This document shows positions 1 through 11,457 of a stretch of 64,000 nt of DNA, one piece after another. How positions within the stretch are numbered: the first letter of the stretch is position 1; every line of letters starts with the position of its first letter. Position numbers and translations under genes: made by a program. The stretch is taken from assembly GCF_009914755.1 (NCBI RefSeq), contig NC_060930.1. One strand, written 5' to 3'. The notes under the pieces are model-generated. The model did not search any database. It was given only the letters and a program-made list of their open reading frames with translations, and had not been told where the DNA came from. The stretch comes from the human T2T-CHM13v2.0 reference genome, Homo sapiens.

Positions 1-244
1 TGAAGGAGAAGCAAACACATCTTCACATGATGGCAGGAGAGAGAGAGAGGAAAGAGAGAGAGCTTGAATGGGGACCCGTTATATGCTTTCAAACAACCAG
101 ATCTCATGAAAACTCTATCACAAGAACAGCAAGGGGGATGTCTGCCCCCATTGTTTAATCACTTCTCACCAGGCCTCTACTCCAACACTGGGAATTACAA
201 TTTGACATGAGGACTGGGTGGGGACACAGAGTCAAATCATATCA
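1..244 (-). mobile_element. MaLR LTR (MSTA-like), partial, runs off window start
   Basis: Ends in ...gggacacagagtcaaatcatatca, the reverse complement of the TGATATG MaLR LTR start; has the aaacaaccagatctcatga motif. It sits next to an older MST fragment. Confidence 0.8.
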
Positions 245-330
245 GTGGGGGAGGTTCCACATATTTAAGCAACCAGTTCTCATGAGAACTCACTCACTAC
301 TATGAGGACAGAAAGAAGGCATGAGGGATC
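245..330 (-). mobile_element. MSTB-like LTR fragment, truncated at junction with L1
   Basis: caaccagttctcatgagaactcactcac...catgagggatcc matches the MSTB-type LTR; it stops abruptly at the L1 sequence. Confidence 0.7.
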
Positions 331-337
331 CAACAGA

Positions 338-3300
338 TCCTCTCCAGCATCTGTTGTTTCCTGACTCTTTAATGATTGCCATTCTTACTAACGTGAGATA
401 TCTCATTGTGGTTTTGATTTGCATTTCTCTAATGAGCAGTGATGATGAGCTTTTTTTCATATGTTTGTTGGCTGCATAAATGTCTTCTTTTGAGAAGTGT
501 CTGTTCATACCCTTCTCCCACCTTTTGATGGGGTTTGTTTTTTTCTTGTAAATTTGTTTAAGTTCCTTGTAGACTCTGGATATTAACCCTTTGTCAGATG
601 GATAGATATCAAACATTTTCTTCCATTCTGTAGGTTGCCTGTTCACTCTGATGATAGTTTCTTTTGCTATGAAGAAACTCTTTCTTTTAATTAGATCCCA
701 TTTGTCAATTTTGGCTTTTTTGCCATTGCTTTTGGTGTTTTAGTCATTTGCCCATGCCTATGTCCTGAATGGTATTGCCTAGATTTTCTTCTAGGGTTTT
801 TATGGTTTTAGGTCTAACATTTAAGTCTTTAATCCATCTTGAGTTAATTTTTGTATAAGGTGTAAGGAAGGGGTCCAGTTTCAGTTTTCTGCATATGGCT
901 AGCCAGTTTTCCCAACAGCATTTATTAAATAGGGAATCCTTTCCCCATTGGTTGTTTTCATCATGTTTGTCAAAAATCAGATCGTTATATATGTGTGGTA
1001 TGTAGGTGATAGTGTGTAGGTGTTATTGCCGAGGCCTCTGTTCTGTCCCATTGATGTATATGTCTGTTTTGGTACCATTACCCTGCTTTTTTGGTTACTG
1101 TAGCCTTGTAATATAGTTTGAAGTCAGGTAGCATGATGCCTTCAGTTTTGTTATTTTTGCTTAGGATTGTCTTGGCTATAGGGGCTCTTTTTTGGTTTCA
1201 TATGAAATTTAAAGTAGTTTGTTCTAATTCTATGAAGAAAGTCAGTGGCAGCTTGATGGGAATAGCATTGAATCTTTAAATTACTTAGGACAGTATGGCC
1301 GTTTTCACAATATTGACTCTTTCTATCCATGAGGATGGAATGTTTTTCCATTTGCTTGTGTCCTCTCTTATTTCCTTGAGCAGTGGTTTGTAGTTCTACT
1401 TGAAGAGCTCCTTCATGTCTCTTGTAAGTTGTATTCCTAGGTATTTTATTCTCTTTGTAGCAATTGTGAATGGGAGTTCACTCATGTTTTGGCTTTGTGT
1501 TTGTCTATTATTGGTGTAAAGGAATGCTTGCAATTTTTGCACATTGATTTTGTATCCTGAGACTTTGCTGAAGTTGCTTATCACCTTAAGGAGGTTTTGG
1601 GCTGAGATGATGGGATTTTCTAAATATACAATCATGTCATCTGCAAAGAGAGACAATTTGACTTCTTCTCTCTTCCTGTTTGAATACCCTTTCTTTCTCT
1701 TGCTTGATTGCCCTGGTGAGAACTTCCAGTACTATGTTGAATAGGAGTGGTGAGAGAGGTCATCCTTGTCTTATACTGGTTTCCAAAGGGAATGCTTCCA
1801 GCTTTTTCCCATTCAGTATGATATTGGCTACAGGTTTGTCATAAACAGCTCTCATTATTTTGAGATATGTTCCATTAATACCTAGTTTATTGAGTGTTTT
1901 TTTAGCATGAAGGGGTGTTGAGTTTTATTGAAGGCCTTTTCTGCATCTATTGAAATAATTATGTGGTTTTTGTCATTGGTTCTGTATATGGGATGGATTA
2001 CATTTATTGATTTGTGTATGTTGAACCAGCCTTGCATCCCAGGGATGAAGCCAACTTGATCATGGTGGATAAATTATTTGATATGCTGCTGGATTTGGTT
2101 TGCCAGTATTTTATTGAAGATTTTCATATCAATGTTCATCAGGGAAATTGGCCTGAAATTTTCTTTTTCTGTTGTGTCTCTGCCAGGTTTTGATATCAGG
2201 ATGATGCTGGCCTCATAAACCGAGTTAGAGAGGAATCCCTCTTCTTCTGTTGTTTGGAATAGTTTCAAAAGGAACGGTACCTGCTCCTCTTTGTACCTCT
2301 GGTAGAATTCGACTATGAATCCATCTGGTCCTGGGCTTTTTCTGGTTGGTAGGCTCCTAATTACTGTCTCAATTTCAGAACTTGTCTTTGGTCTTTTCAG
2401 GGATTCGGCTTCTTCCTTGTCTAGTCTTGGGAGGGTATATGTGTCCAGGACTTTATCCATTTCTTCTAGATTTTCTAGTTTATTATTTGCATAGAGTTAT
2501 TTATAGTATTCTCTAATGGTAGTTTGTATTTCTCTGGAATCAGTGGATATCCCCTTTATCATGTTTTATTGTGTCTATTTGATTCTTCTTTCTTTTCTTC
2601 TTTGTTAGTCTGGCTAGCAGTCTATGTATTTTGTAAATCTTTTCAAAAACCTGATCCTGGATTCATTGATTTTTTGAAAGATTTTTCATGTCTTTATCTC
2701 CTTCAGTTCTGTTCTGATCTTAGTTATTTGTTGTCTTCTGCTAGCTTTTGAATTTGTTTGTCCTTGCTTCTCTAGTTATTTTCATAGTGATATTAGGGTG
2801 TCAATTTTAGATCTTTCCCACTTTCTGATGTGGGCACTTAGTGCTATAAATTTCCCTCTAAACGCAGCTTTATCTGTATCCCAGAGATTCTGGTATGTTG
2901 TGTCTTTGTTCTCATTGGTTTCAAAGAACTTATTTATTTCTGCCTTAATTTTGTTATTTACCCAGTAGTCACTCAGGAGCAAGTTGTTCAATTTCCATGT
3001 AGTTGTGCTAATTTAAGTGCGTTTCTTAACCCTGAGTTCTAATTTGATTGCACTGTGGTCTGAGAGACTGTTATGATTTCCATTCTTTTGCATTTCCTAA
3101 GGAGTGTTTTACTTCCAATTATGTGTTCAATTTTAGAATAAGTGTGATATGGTGCTGAGTAGAATGTATATTCTGTTGATTTGGGGTGGAGGGTTCTGTA
3201 GATGTCTATTAGGTCCACTTGGTTCAGAGGTGAGTTCAAATCCTGAATATCCTCATTAATTTTCTACCTCATTGATCTGTCTAATATTGACAGTGGGTTG

Positions 3301-3745
3301 TTAAAGTCTCCCACTATTATTGTGTGGGAGTCTAAGTGTTTTTTAGATCTCTAAGAACTTGCTTTATGACTTGGGTGCTTCTGTATTGGGTGCACGTATA
3401 TTTAGGATATTTAGCTCTTCTTGTTGCATTAATCCCTTTATCATTATGAAATGCCATTCTTTGTCTCTTTTGATCTTTGTTGGTTTACAGTCTGTTTTAT
3501 CAGAGACTAGGATTGCAACCCCTGCTGTTTTTTTGTTTTTTTGCTTTTCATTTGCTTGGTAAATATTCCTTCTTGCTTTTATTTTGAGCCTATGTGTGTC
3601 TGCACATGAGATGGGTCTCCTGAATACAGCACACCAATGGGTCTTGACACTTTATCCAATTTGCCAACCTGTGTCTTTCAATTAGGGCGTTTAGCCCATT
3701 TACATTTAAAGTTAATATTGTTATGTGTGAATTTCATCCTGTCAT
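338..3745 (-). pseudogene. L1 ORF2p (endonuclease/reverse transcriptase), disrupted and C-terminally truncated
   Basis: ATGACAGGA start at 3745; fragments [48 protein letters not shown] in several frames. Confidence 0.9.
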
Positions 3746-3808
3746 TATGATTCTAGCTGGTTATTTTGCACATTAGTTGATGCAGTTTCTTCATAGTGTC
3801 ATTGGTCT

Positions 3809-4835
3809 TTATATTTTGCTATGTTTTTGCAGTTTCTGATACCGGTTTTTCCTTTTCGTGTTTAGGGCTTCCTTCAGGAGCTCTTGTAAGGGAGGCCTGG
3901 TGGTGCCAAAATCCCTTAGCATTTGCTCGTCTGAAAAAGATTTTTTTTCTTCTTTGCTTATGAAGCTTAGTTTGGCTAGATATGAAATTCTGAGTCAAAA
4001 ATTCTTTTCTTTAAGAATGTTGAATATTGGCCCCCACTCCCTTTTCTGGCTTGTAGGGTTTTTGCAGAGACACCTGCTGTTAGTCTGATGGGCTTCGCTT
4101 TGTAGGTAACCTGACCTTTCTCTCTGGCTGCCTTTAACATTTTTTCCTTCATTTAAACCTTGGGAATCTGACAATTATGTGTCTTGTGGTTGCTCTTCTT
4201 GAGGAGTATCTCAGTGGTGTTCTCTGTATTTCCTGAAAATGAATGTTGGCTTGTCTTGCTAGGTTGGAGAAGTTCTCCTGGATCATATCCTGAAGTATGT
4301 TTTCCAACTTGGTTCCTTTCTCCCCATCACTTTCAGGTACATCAATTTATTGTAGGTTTGTTCTTTTCATATAGTCCCATATTTCTTGGAGGATTTATTC
4401 ATTCGTTTTCATTCTTTTTTCTCTAATCTTGTCTTCATGCTTTATTTTATTAAGTTGATCTTCACTCTCTGATATCCTTTCTTCTGCTTGATCGATTTGG
4501 CTATTGATACTTGTGTATGCCTCATGAAGTTCTCATGCTGTGTTTTTCAGCTCCATCAGGTGATTTATCTTCTTCTCTAAACTGGTTATTCTCATTAGCA
4601 GTTCCTGTAACTTTTTATCAAGGTTCTTAGCTTCCTTGCATTGGGTTAGAACATGCTCCTTTAGCTCAGAGGAGTTTGTTATTACCCACCTTCTGAAGCC
4701 TACTTCTGTCAATTTGTCAAACTCATTCTCCATCCAGTTTTGTGCCCTTGCTGGTGAGGAGTTGTGATCCTTTGGCGGAGAAGAGGCATTCTGGCTTTTG
4801 GAATTTTCAGCATTTTTATGCTGTTTTTTTCTCAT
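3809..4835 (-). pseudogene. L1 ORF1p, disrupted
   Basis: ORF 4533-4835 is the ORF1p N-terminus/coiled coil with a premature stop; the natural stop maps to 3809-3811 by homology. Confidence 0.85.
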
Positions 4836-5539
4836 TTTCCTGAATTTATCTACCTTTGATCTTTGATGCTGATGACCTTTGGAAGGAGTTTTTGCGTGTG
4901 CATCCTTTTTGTTGATGTTGATGTTATTGCTTTCTGTTTGTTAGTTTTCCTTCTAACAGTCAGGCCCCTCTTCTGCAGGTCTGCTGGAGTTTGCAGAGGT
5001 CCACTCCAAACCGTGTTTGCTTGGGTATCATGAGGGAAGGCTGCAGAACAGCAAAGATTGCTGCTTGCTTCTTCCTCCAGAAGCTTCTTCCCAGAGAAGC
5101 ACCCACCCCAGATTCCAGCCAGAGCTCTCCTGTATGAGGTGTCTGTCACCTCCTGATCAGACATGTCTCCTAGTCAGGAGGCATGGGGGTCAGGCACCCA
5201 CTTGAGGAGGCAGTCTGCCCCTTAGCAGAGCTCAAGCACTGTGCTGGGAGATCTGCTGCTCTCTTCAGAGCCAGCAGGCAGGAACATTTAAGTCAGATGA
5301 AGCTGTGCCCACAGCCACACTTCCCTGAGGTGCTCTGTCCCAGGGAGATGGGAGTTTTATCTATAAGCCCCTGACTGGGGCTGCTGCCTTTCTTTCAGAG
5401 ATGCCCTGCCCAATTAGGAGGAATCTAGAGAGGCAGTCTGGCCATAGCAGCTTTTGTGTGCTGTGGTGGATTCCACAATGTCCAAACTTCCCGGCGGCTT
5501 CATTTACACTGTGAGGGGAATACCACCTAAGACTCAGTA

Positions 5540-5719
5540 ATGGTGGATGCCCCTTACCCCACCAAGCTCGAGCATCCCAGCTCAACTTCAGACTGCTGTG
5601 CTGGCAGTGAGAACTTCAAGACAGGGGAGCTTAGCTTGCTGGGCTCTAGGGGGGTTGGACTCAGTGAGGAAGACCATTTGGTTCCCTGGCTTCAGCCCCC
5701 TTTCCAAGGGAGTAAATGA
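5540..5719 (+). other. ORF0-like antisense ORF in the L1 5'UTR, 59 aa
   Basis: GTAATGG Kozak context; MVDAPYPTKLEHPSSTSDCCAGSENFKTGELSLLGSRGVGLSEEDHLVPWLQPPFQGSK*. Position and the SDCCA motif match primate L1 ORF0. One codon below the track cutoff. Confidence 0.6.
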
Positions 5720-6138
5720 TTCTGTCTCCCTGGTGTTCCAGGCGCCATTAGGGCATGAAAAAAAAAACTCCTGCAGCTAGCTCGGTGTCTGCACAAACAG
5801 CTGCTCAGTTTTGTGCTTGAAACCTAGGGCTCTGGTGGTTTAGGCACATGAGGAAATCTCCTGTTTGCAGGTTGCAAAATCCATGGGCAAAGCATAGCAT
5901 CTGGGCCAGATAGCACAGTCCCTCATGGCTTCCCTTGGCTAGAGGAGGGAGGTCCCAGCCCCTTGTGCTTCCTGGGTGAGGCAATGCCCCACCCTGCTGC
6001 TGCCTGGCCTCTGTGGGCTGCACCCACTGTCTAACCAGTCCCAGTGAGATGAACCAAGTACCTCAGTAGGAAATGCAGAAATCACCTGCCTTCTACATTG
6101 GTCTTGCTGGGAGCTGCAGACTGGAGCTGTTTCTATTT

Positions 6139-6148
6139 GGCCATCTTG
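6139..6148 (-). promoter_or_regulatory. YY1 site of the L1 internal promoter
   Basis: CAAGATGGCC on minus strand about 12 nt from the L1 5' end. Confidence 0.75.
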
Positions 6149-6439
6149 CCAGATCTCCCTAAACTTACTGATAAATGTTTTTAAATACCTTTCAAATAGA
6201 ACAAAATCTGGCAAAAAATAAGAAGTCATAATACCAAAATGCAAATGAAGATTTGGGCCCATGGAGCTAGGTGACACTGAAACTCTTTGCCAGGAGGACA
6301 TCTGCTGAGCCAGCTACATCTGCAGGTTGCTTTTTCAGAGGCTTAGAGATTTTATAGAGATAAAGTTCCTGCTAGACCCCTCAAAATGGGAGGTCTGTAG
6401 GACCAGGTTCCACTGTTTCCCTTTCTGATGGTGTCCTTA

Positions 6440-6625
6440 TTTCTCCATAGCAGCGCCAGTCACATATGCAATTAAATAATTGCACAATTACTGATTTATA
6501 TTTCCCTTATTCTTTAACAATAACTCCCTTGCCTGTCTTGTTGATTATCTGATTCCCTGTTGCTAGTATAATTTTTTACACATAGTAGAATCTTGATAAG
6601 TATTTGTTGAATGAGTGCATGACTG
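6440..6625 (+). mobile_element. L2 3' end relic
   Basis: acacatagtag...ataagtatttgttgaatgagtg resembles the L2 terminus. Confidence 0.5.
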
Positions 6626-7805
6626 TGTGAATTAATTTATCCACCTCTAATTTCAATCAGTAACAATGTCCTTTGAAACTATCCAAAGAAATTTAAATCT
6701 GAAACTTTACTTTCCCATTGCCCTACAGTAACTTGATATTTCAACCAAAGATCACCTTTACTACAAATTCCACCGATTTACATTGCTTAGATTAGAAATC
6801 AGCATGCCTGGGGTGTGATTTTTCAGGTGACTTCTGGACCTAACTCAGAACTCCAGGTGCACATGAACCACAGCAATCACTGAAGTCAGGATTTTTAGCC
6901 AGAGCAATGGGCAAGCTGTGGCTGACCTGACAAGAAAGGGTGAGTTTCTACGACATCTTACCAGGGCTGCTCCAAGAAAGGCTTTGTCTTTTATAAATGC
7001 AGTAATTATACATGAGGGGTTAAGACACAATGGTTTCCCCCAGCCCCCAATCAAGAATCATTGCTGTATTGTTGTATTAATGAGGATCGCTTCTACCATA
7101 GTCACACTTGCACAGGGATATGACTCCGTTGTAAAATTGGTTTCTAAAAATAAAATGAAACCCTGAAACTTGATAAAGGCATTTATTTATTATAAGTACC
7201 TACATTCATTTATATATCTGTTAGAGATAGAGATCAGATTATTTATTGTGATCATGAAAAGAGAATAGCTATGGGTAAATAGGAAACCTGTATCTGGATG
7301 CATGAGTGGGTTGAAGTTGGGGCTGGGTTAGAACGAATTTTATTTATTTTTCTCTGGTGAAAAATAATCATTTGTGAGCTAGAAAATAAAACGACATTTA
7401 AGATGTTTTAGAAATCCAATTACATCTTTCTTCAGTTTAGACAAACATATACGAACATCGTGAATGGATTCTGTGTACCAGTGCAGTGTTATTGTTTCTT
7501 CAAACATGAATAAGATCCAGTCCTAACACTTAAGAGGTCCCTAAAGTTGTCTCATCCACAGATAGCAAATTCCTTTACTTACTCAGCCACTTGACAATTA
7601 TCCATCTTAGTCTACCGAGCACACTCTAGCTTCCCGCCATCTGGAAATGAAGTCCAATCTCCTGACCTTTGTTCACCAAGTCTTTTTCATATGGGTATTG
7701 CTATCATATCTCTTCCATGGCATCATTCATCTCTCCAGATATACTGTAGAATTTGGGGTTCCTGTAAGGGACTTTGATCTTAACTGCTTCCCTCAGCTCA
7801 CAGCT

Positions 7806-7968
7806 CATAGCTGTTTTCTAGGGACAGAAAATGAATAAGACAATAAGACCATGATAATCCCTGGTCACTTAAAACATACAACCTTGGAGGGATATATGTT
7901 TTATGTGGAAAGGGATTATGATGGACTTGTCTTAATTCCCATTTTTTGTCCCTAGAAACCAGCATATG
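7806..7968. repeat. Degenerate long palindrome (arms ~70 bp), probably an old MITE
   Basis: gctgttttctagggacagaaaatg...ataatccctggtcacttaaaacata pairs with tatgttttatgtggaaagggattat...cattttttgtccctagaaaccagc. Confidence 0.8.
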
Positions 7969-8245
7969 TCTGACATATTTAGCAGTGCTGACTATATTTT
8001 GGCTGGGACCCACTATATCTTTGCTCCAGGTAGATGGGTTTGTATTGGCTACATTAATAAGGACAGTAAAACCTAATATCCAACACACAACTTGTCTAAG
8101 GTCCATTCAGAATATATTACATAATGTTTTTGCTTCATGATATTTGGCAGAACTCTTGGAACTCTTGACTTTCCCACAATTTCATTTCCCACCTTATCTT
8201 TTCTATCTCATAAATGTTACTCCTGTGTTCAATCAAAATATAAGC

Positions 8246-8561
8246 CAGCAGTTTTCAAACTTTTTGTTATGATGATCTCTTCATACTTTTAAAAAGTTGA
8301 GGATTTCAAAGAGTGTCTGTGGATAAATTCTATCTCCAGCTACTTACCATGTTGGAATTTTAAACAGAGAGCTTTGAAAGCACCAACACACACTAGCCAT
8401 CATGGTGCAGGTGCCGTTTCAAGGCACCAAGTTCATGGAGAGCCTGCTGCAAGCTCGTGAGGAAATGAGAGTGAAAAGATGAACCACCCCACAGGAATTA
8501 TAATGGAAGTTATTTTGACCTTGTTGGCCATAGAGCCTGGGATACAGTTTGAAAACCTCTG
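8246..8561. mobile_element. hAT-Charlie non-autonomous element (MER119/Charlie1-like)
   Basis: TIRs cagcagttttcaaact / agtttgaaaacctctg; internal gaggatttcaaagag and gagagtgaaaa...gttattttgacct resemble Charlie1 derivatives. Confidence 0.65.
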
Positions 8562-8742
8562 GTGTGAATTATCTTTTATTTCTTGTTTTTCTTCACCCCT
8601 TCATAGCCAATCAGGAACTCCTGTCAGGTTGGAAAAAATGTGTCCCAAATCTTTGTATTCATTTGATTTTGGCTGTGACCACCCTAGACCACCCTGGTTC
8701 TGCTCACGAAGATCCTTACAAGAAGCCATGCTTTCAGCATTC

Positions 8743-9204
8743 TGTAGTCGGCAGAATAAGGACCCTCAAGGGTCTCCACTTTCTAATCCCCAAAACCTGT
8801 GAATGTTACTTTATATGGAAAGAGGGACTTTGCAGCTGTGACTAAATCAGCCTCTTGAGATGGGGAGAGTGTCCTGGGTAATCCACATGGGCCCAGCATC
8901 CTCACAAAGGTCCTTATGAGAGGTCGGTAGGACATCGGAGTGAGAAGAAGGAACGAGGGAAGCAGAGGGAAAGGTGGGGGATGTGTGATGTAGGGTCGCT
9001 CCAGGTGAGGACCACAGCCATCCTGAAAAGCCTAGGCACAGATTCTCCCCTGCAGCCTCCAGAAGGAACATGTTCCTGCCGACAACTTGACTGTAGCCCA
9101 GTAGGACTGATTTTGGACTTTGGACTTCCAGGACTGTAAGATAATGCACGTGTGTTGTGTTAAATTTGTAGTAGCTTGTGGTAGCTGCGATGAAAATTGA
9201 ATGC
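8743..9204 (+). mobile_element. MaLR solo LTR, MLT1D-like
   Basis: tgtagtcggcagaataa...cctgtgaatgttac...gggactttgcag...gcctccagaaggaac...aatgca. Confidence 0.8.
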
Positions 9205-9229
9205 AGCCATTAGCTGTTCTTTCTCTCTG

Positions 9230-9913
9230 GTTCTTTTCTTCCCCATGTTAGAATCCGTTTTCCACCATAGCCAGAGTGATTTTCAATATCTTTATCAGAT
9301 CATTTTGCTCCTCTATTGGGAACCCTCCAGCATCCCTGTTGTCCTTTGAAAATAAAGCACACCCCTTGCCTCGTCCTGCTAGCCTTGGATTATGTACCTG
9401 CAGACCATGGCAGCTCATCCCACTCTTTTCCCTAATTCACTGCCCACAGTCACCTGGCCTTCCTGTCTCTCAGGCAAGTCCACCTCACTCTGCCTCAATG
9501 CCTTTGCTCCCCGTCTCTTTCCCTGGAGTGCACCCCTCATCTACACCTGTCTGCTCACTCTCACCACTGGGGTCTTAGGGCACCATCACCTCCTCAGAGA
9601 ATCCTTCCCTGAATAACCCAGATTGTCTTGATCCATCCACTTCCTCCAGGATCCTACTTATATCAAGATTACTCAAAATGTCACAATAGTAGTTATCACC
9701 GCCTGGATTTATCTTTTGTTCATTAGTATCCATTACTGATTTTCTGACATTTGTCACTCAAAGACAGGTTCAGAGAGCAGGCCTTTCCCCTGCTTCGCTC
9801 ACCATTATATTCACAAAATCCTGAGCAGTGGTAAATGACAATCTGGTCTGACTATTTTTCTCTAAATATACAGACTAGCTGCTCGATAAATATATGTTGA
9901 AATAATGAGTGAG
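9230..9913 (+). mobile_element. L2 (L2a-like) 3' portion
   Basis: cagccagagtgatttt, tcctcagagaatccttccctga, terminus gctcgataaatatatgttgaaataatgagtgagt. Confidence 0.75.
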
Positions 9914-10148
9914 TATTTTGGCACACTTTCCTTTCTTTTTGCAGTCTGCTAATGCTCTAAGTAGACAGGCTTTCCTAGAAGATCTTAGAGAGAAGAAAGC
10001 AGCAACAGTAGCCCTGCCCATTCATGACCTTAACGTCGCAGACATGGCAGGTCCTGTGCCCAGGCTATCTAAGTCAAGTCGGAGAGAGCTGGGCCTCAGG
10101 TTTCTCCAAGCTTCTCTAGTCAGGATCTCCGAAAACACAGGATATTCC

Positions 10149-10314
10149 GTCATCTGAGACTATATAAAAGGGAATCCAGGTTTAAGAAAGATTAACTCCC
10201 ATGCAGTGTATCCCTGCGGGGCTGGGGGAGGAGGATGAGGAGCCTCTCAGAACACAGTGCATGTGAGTTAAGCTTTCTTAAACCTGGATTCCATTTTTTA
10301 TAGTCTCAGATGAC
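10149..10314. repeat. Inverted repeat, 61-bp arms (56/61 identical, no indels), 44-nt G-rich spacer
   Basis: Arm 1 (10149-10209) gtcatctgagactatataaaagggaatccaggtttaagaaagattaactcccatgcagtgt; arm 2 (10254-10314) is its reverse complement with 5 mismatches. Confidence 0.95.
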
Positions 10315-11443
10315 AGATTTTTATATCCCAGAGAGTGGGCAAAAGCCCTCGTTATGCTGCAGTCCGTTGACCTAAACATTTCTCCTCCCATTACTGTTCT
10401 TTAAATACACCATCTTGAAAGCATGAGGGAAGGTTTTTTTGATAAAATCTGTCAATTGTGAGGTTCATAACCCTAGAAAGCACCTCTCATCTGATAGCGT
10501 GCTCCTCTTATCCTATAGCTGGCATAAAACGCTGCTAATTCATCTTCTCCTGATAGGAAACATTAGATTATTCCATGAGATCAGAAAACTTGAACATTCT
10601 TGACATTACCCATGAATATTTGCCCATTTCCTACCTATTTCACTCATTCTGAATCCCCTGCAGTTAGAAATGGCGCAGATAAACTTTCACCATTTCAGAA
10701 AATATAGCCCCAATAAAACATTTTTTGCCACCCACAGAACAGCAAAGGGCACTCTTCATTTCTAGGCAGAGCATTTTGTAAATTGGAAACGTATCAGTGA
10801 CAATTATCAAGAAACAGTTTTCAAAATGCACTCCTTTCTATGGAGCCTAGCAATTCTTCTTTCACAAAGACATTAACCAAAAGCAATGCTCTGAAAATGT
10901 CATTTGGAGCATGCAATTGAATTAATTTATTTGTTTTATGATATTTTACAGTTAGTCATGTAAGAGATTTTCACTTTATTTTTTCATCTGCTCATTTAGA
11001 TAATGCTTTAACTGCCATAAATCCCAGCTACGGAGGTGAGGAAACGGCATGAGCATAACCATATCCTCTACGTATTGCATAGTGAATGCAAGCTGGCCTG
11101 ACTATTCATTGTATCTTTTCGTTGAGGCGCTTGGCTTCCACTCCAAATGTGAAGTCTTTTCCTTTTCCAGGTAAAACTAGTATTGTGTAATTAATTTTGC
11201 AGATGAGAAAATGGGGGAAATTCTATTATAAGCTTGATAGGAGAAAGCATATAATGTCCTCGTCAGTGGAGGAGCATTCGAAATATCATGAATGAAATGC
11301 CCTAAGGTCTCCACTTGTTGAGGACGGGTGGGTGGAATTATGCCAAGTGTTGTTCACAATGCCTTGATTCTTGGGGCAAGGAGAACATAAATCCACTCTA
11401 AAATCAACTTAAAACTTGGGCTAAATATGTGGATGCAAGGAGA

Positions 11444-11457
11444 CCCCCCCCCCCCCC
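11444..11457. repeat. Poly(C)14 homopolymer
   Basis: Direct reading. Confidence 0.95.

Larger units (their letters stand above)
338..6159 (-). mobile_element. LINE-1, L1PA7/L1PA8-type; 5' end intact, 3' end (ORF2 C-terminus, 3'UTR, polyA) missing
   Basis: 5' end reads GGGAGATCTGGCAAGATGGCC on minus, followed by a ~1.3 kb 5'UTR. ORF1 starts MRKKQHKNAENSKSQNASSPPKDHNSSPA. ORF2 fragments include the RT motif LFADDMIVY and stop at NNRCWRG. Confidence 0.95.
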
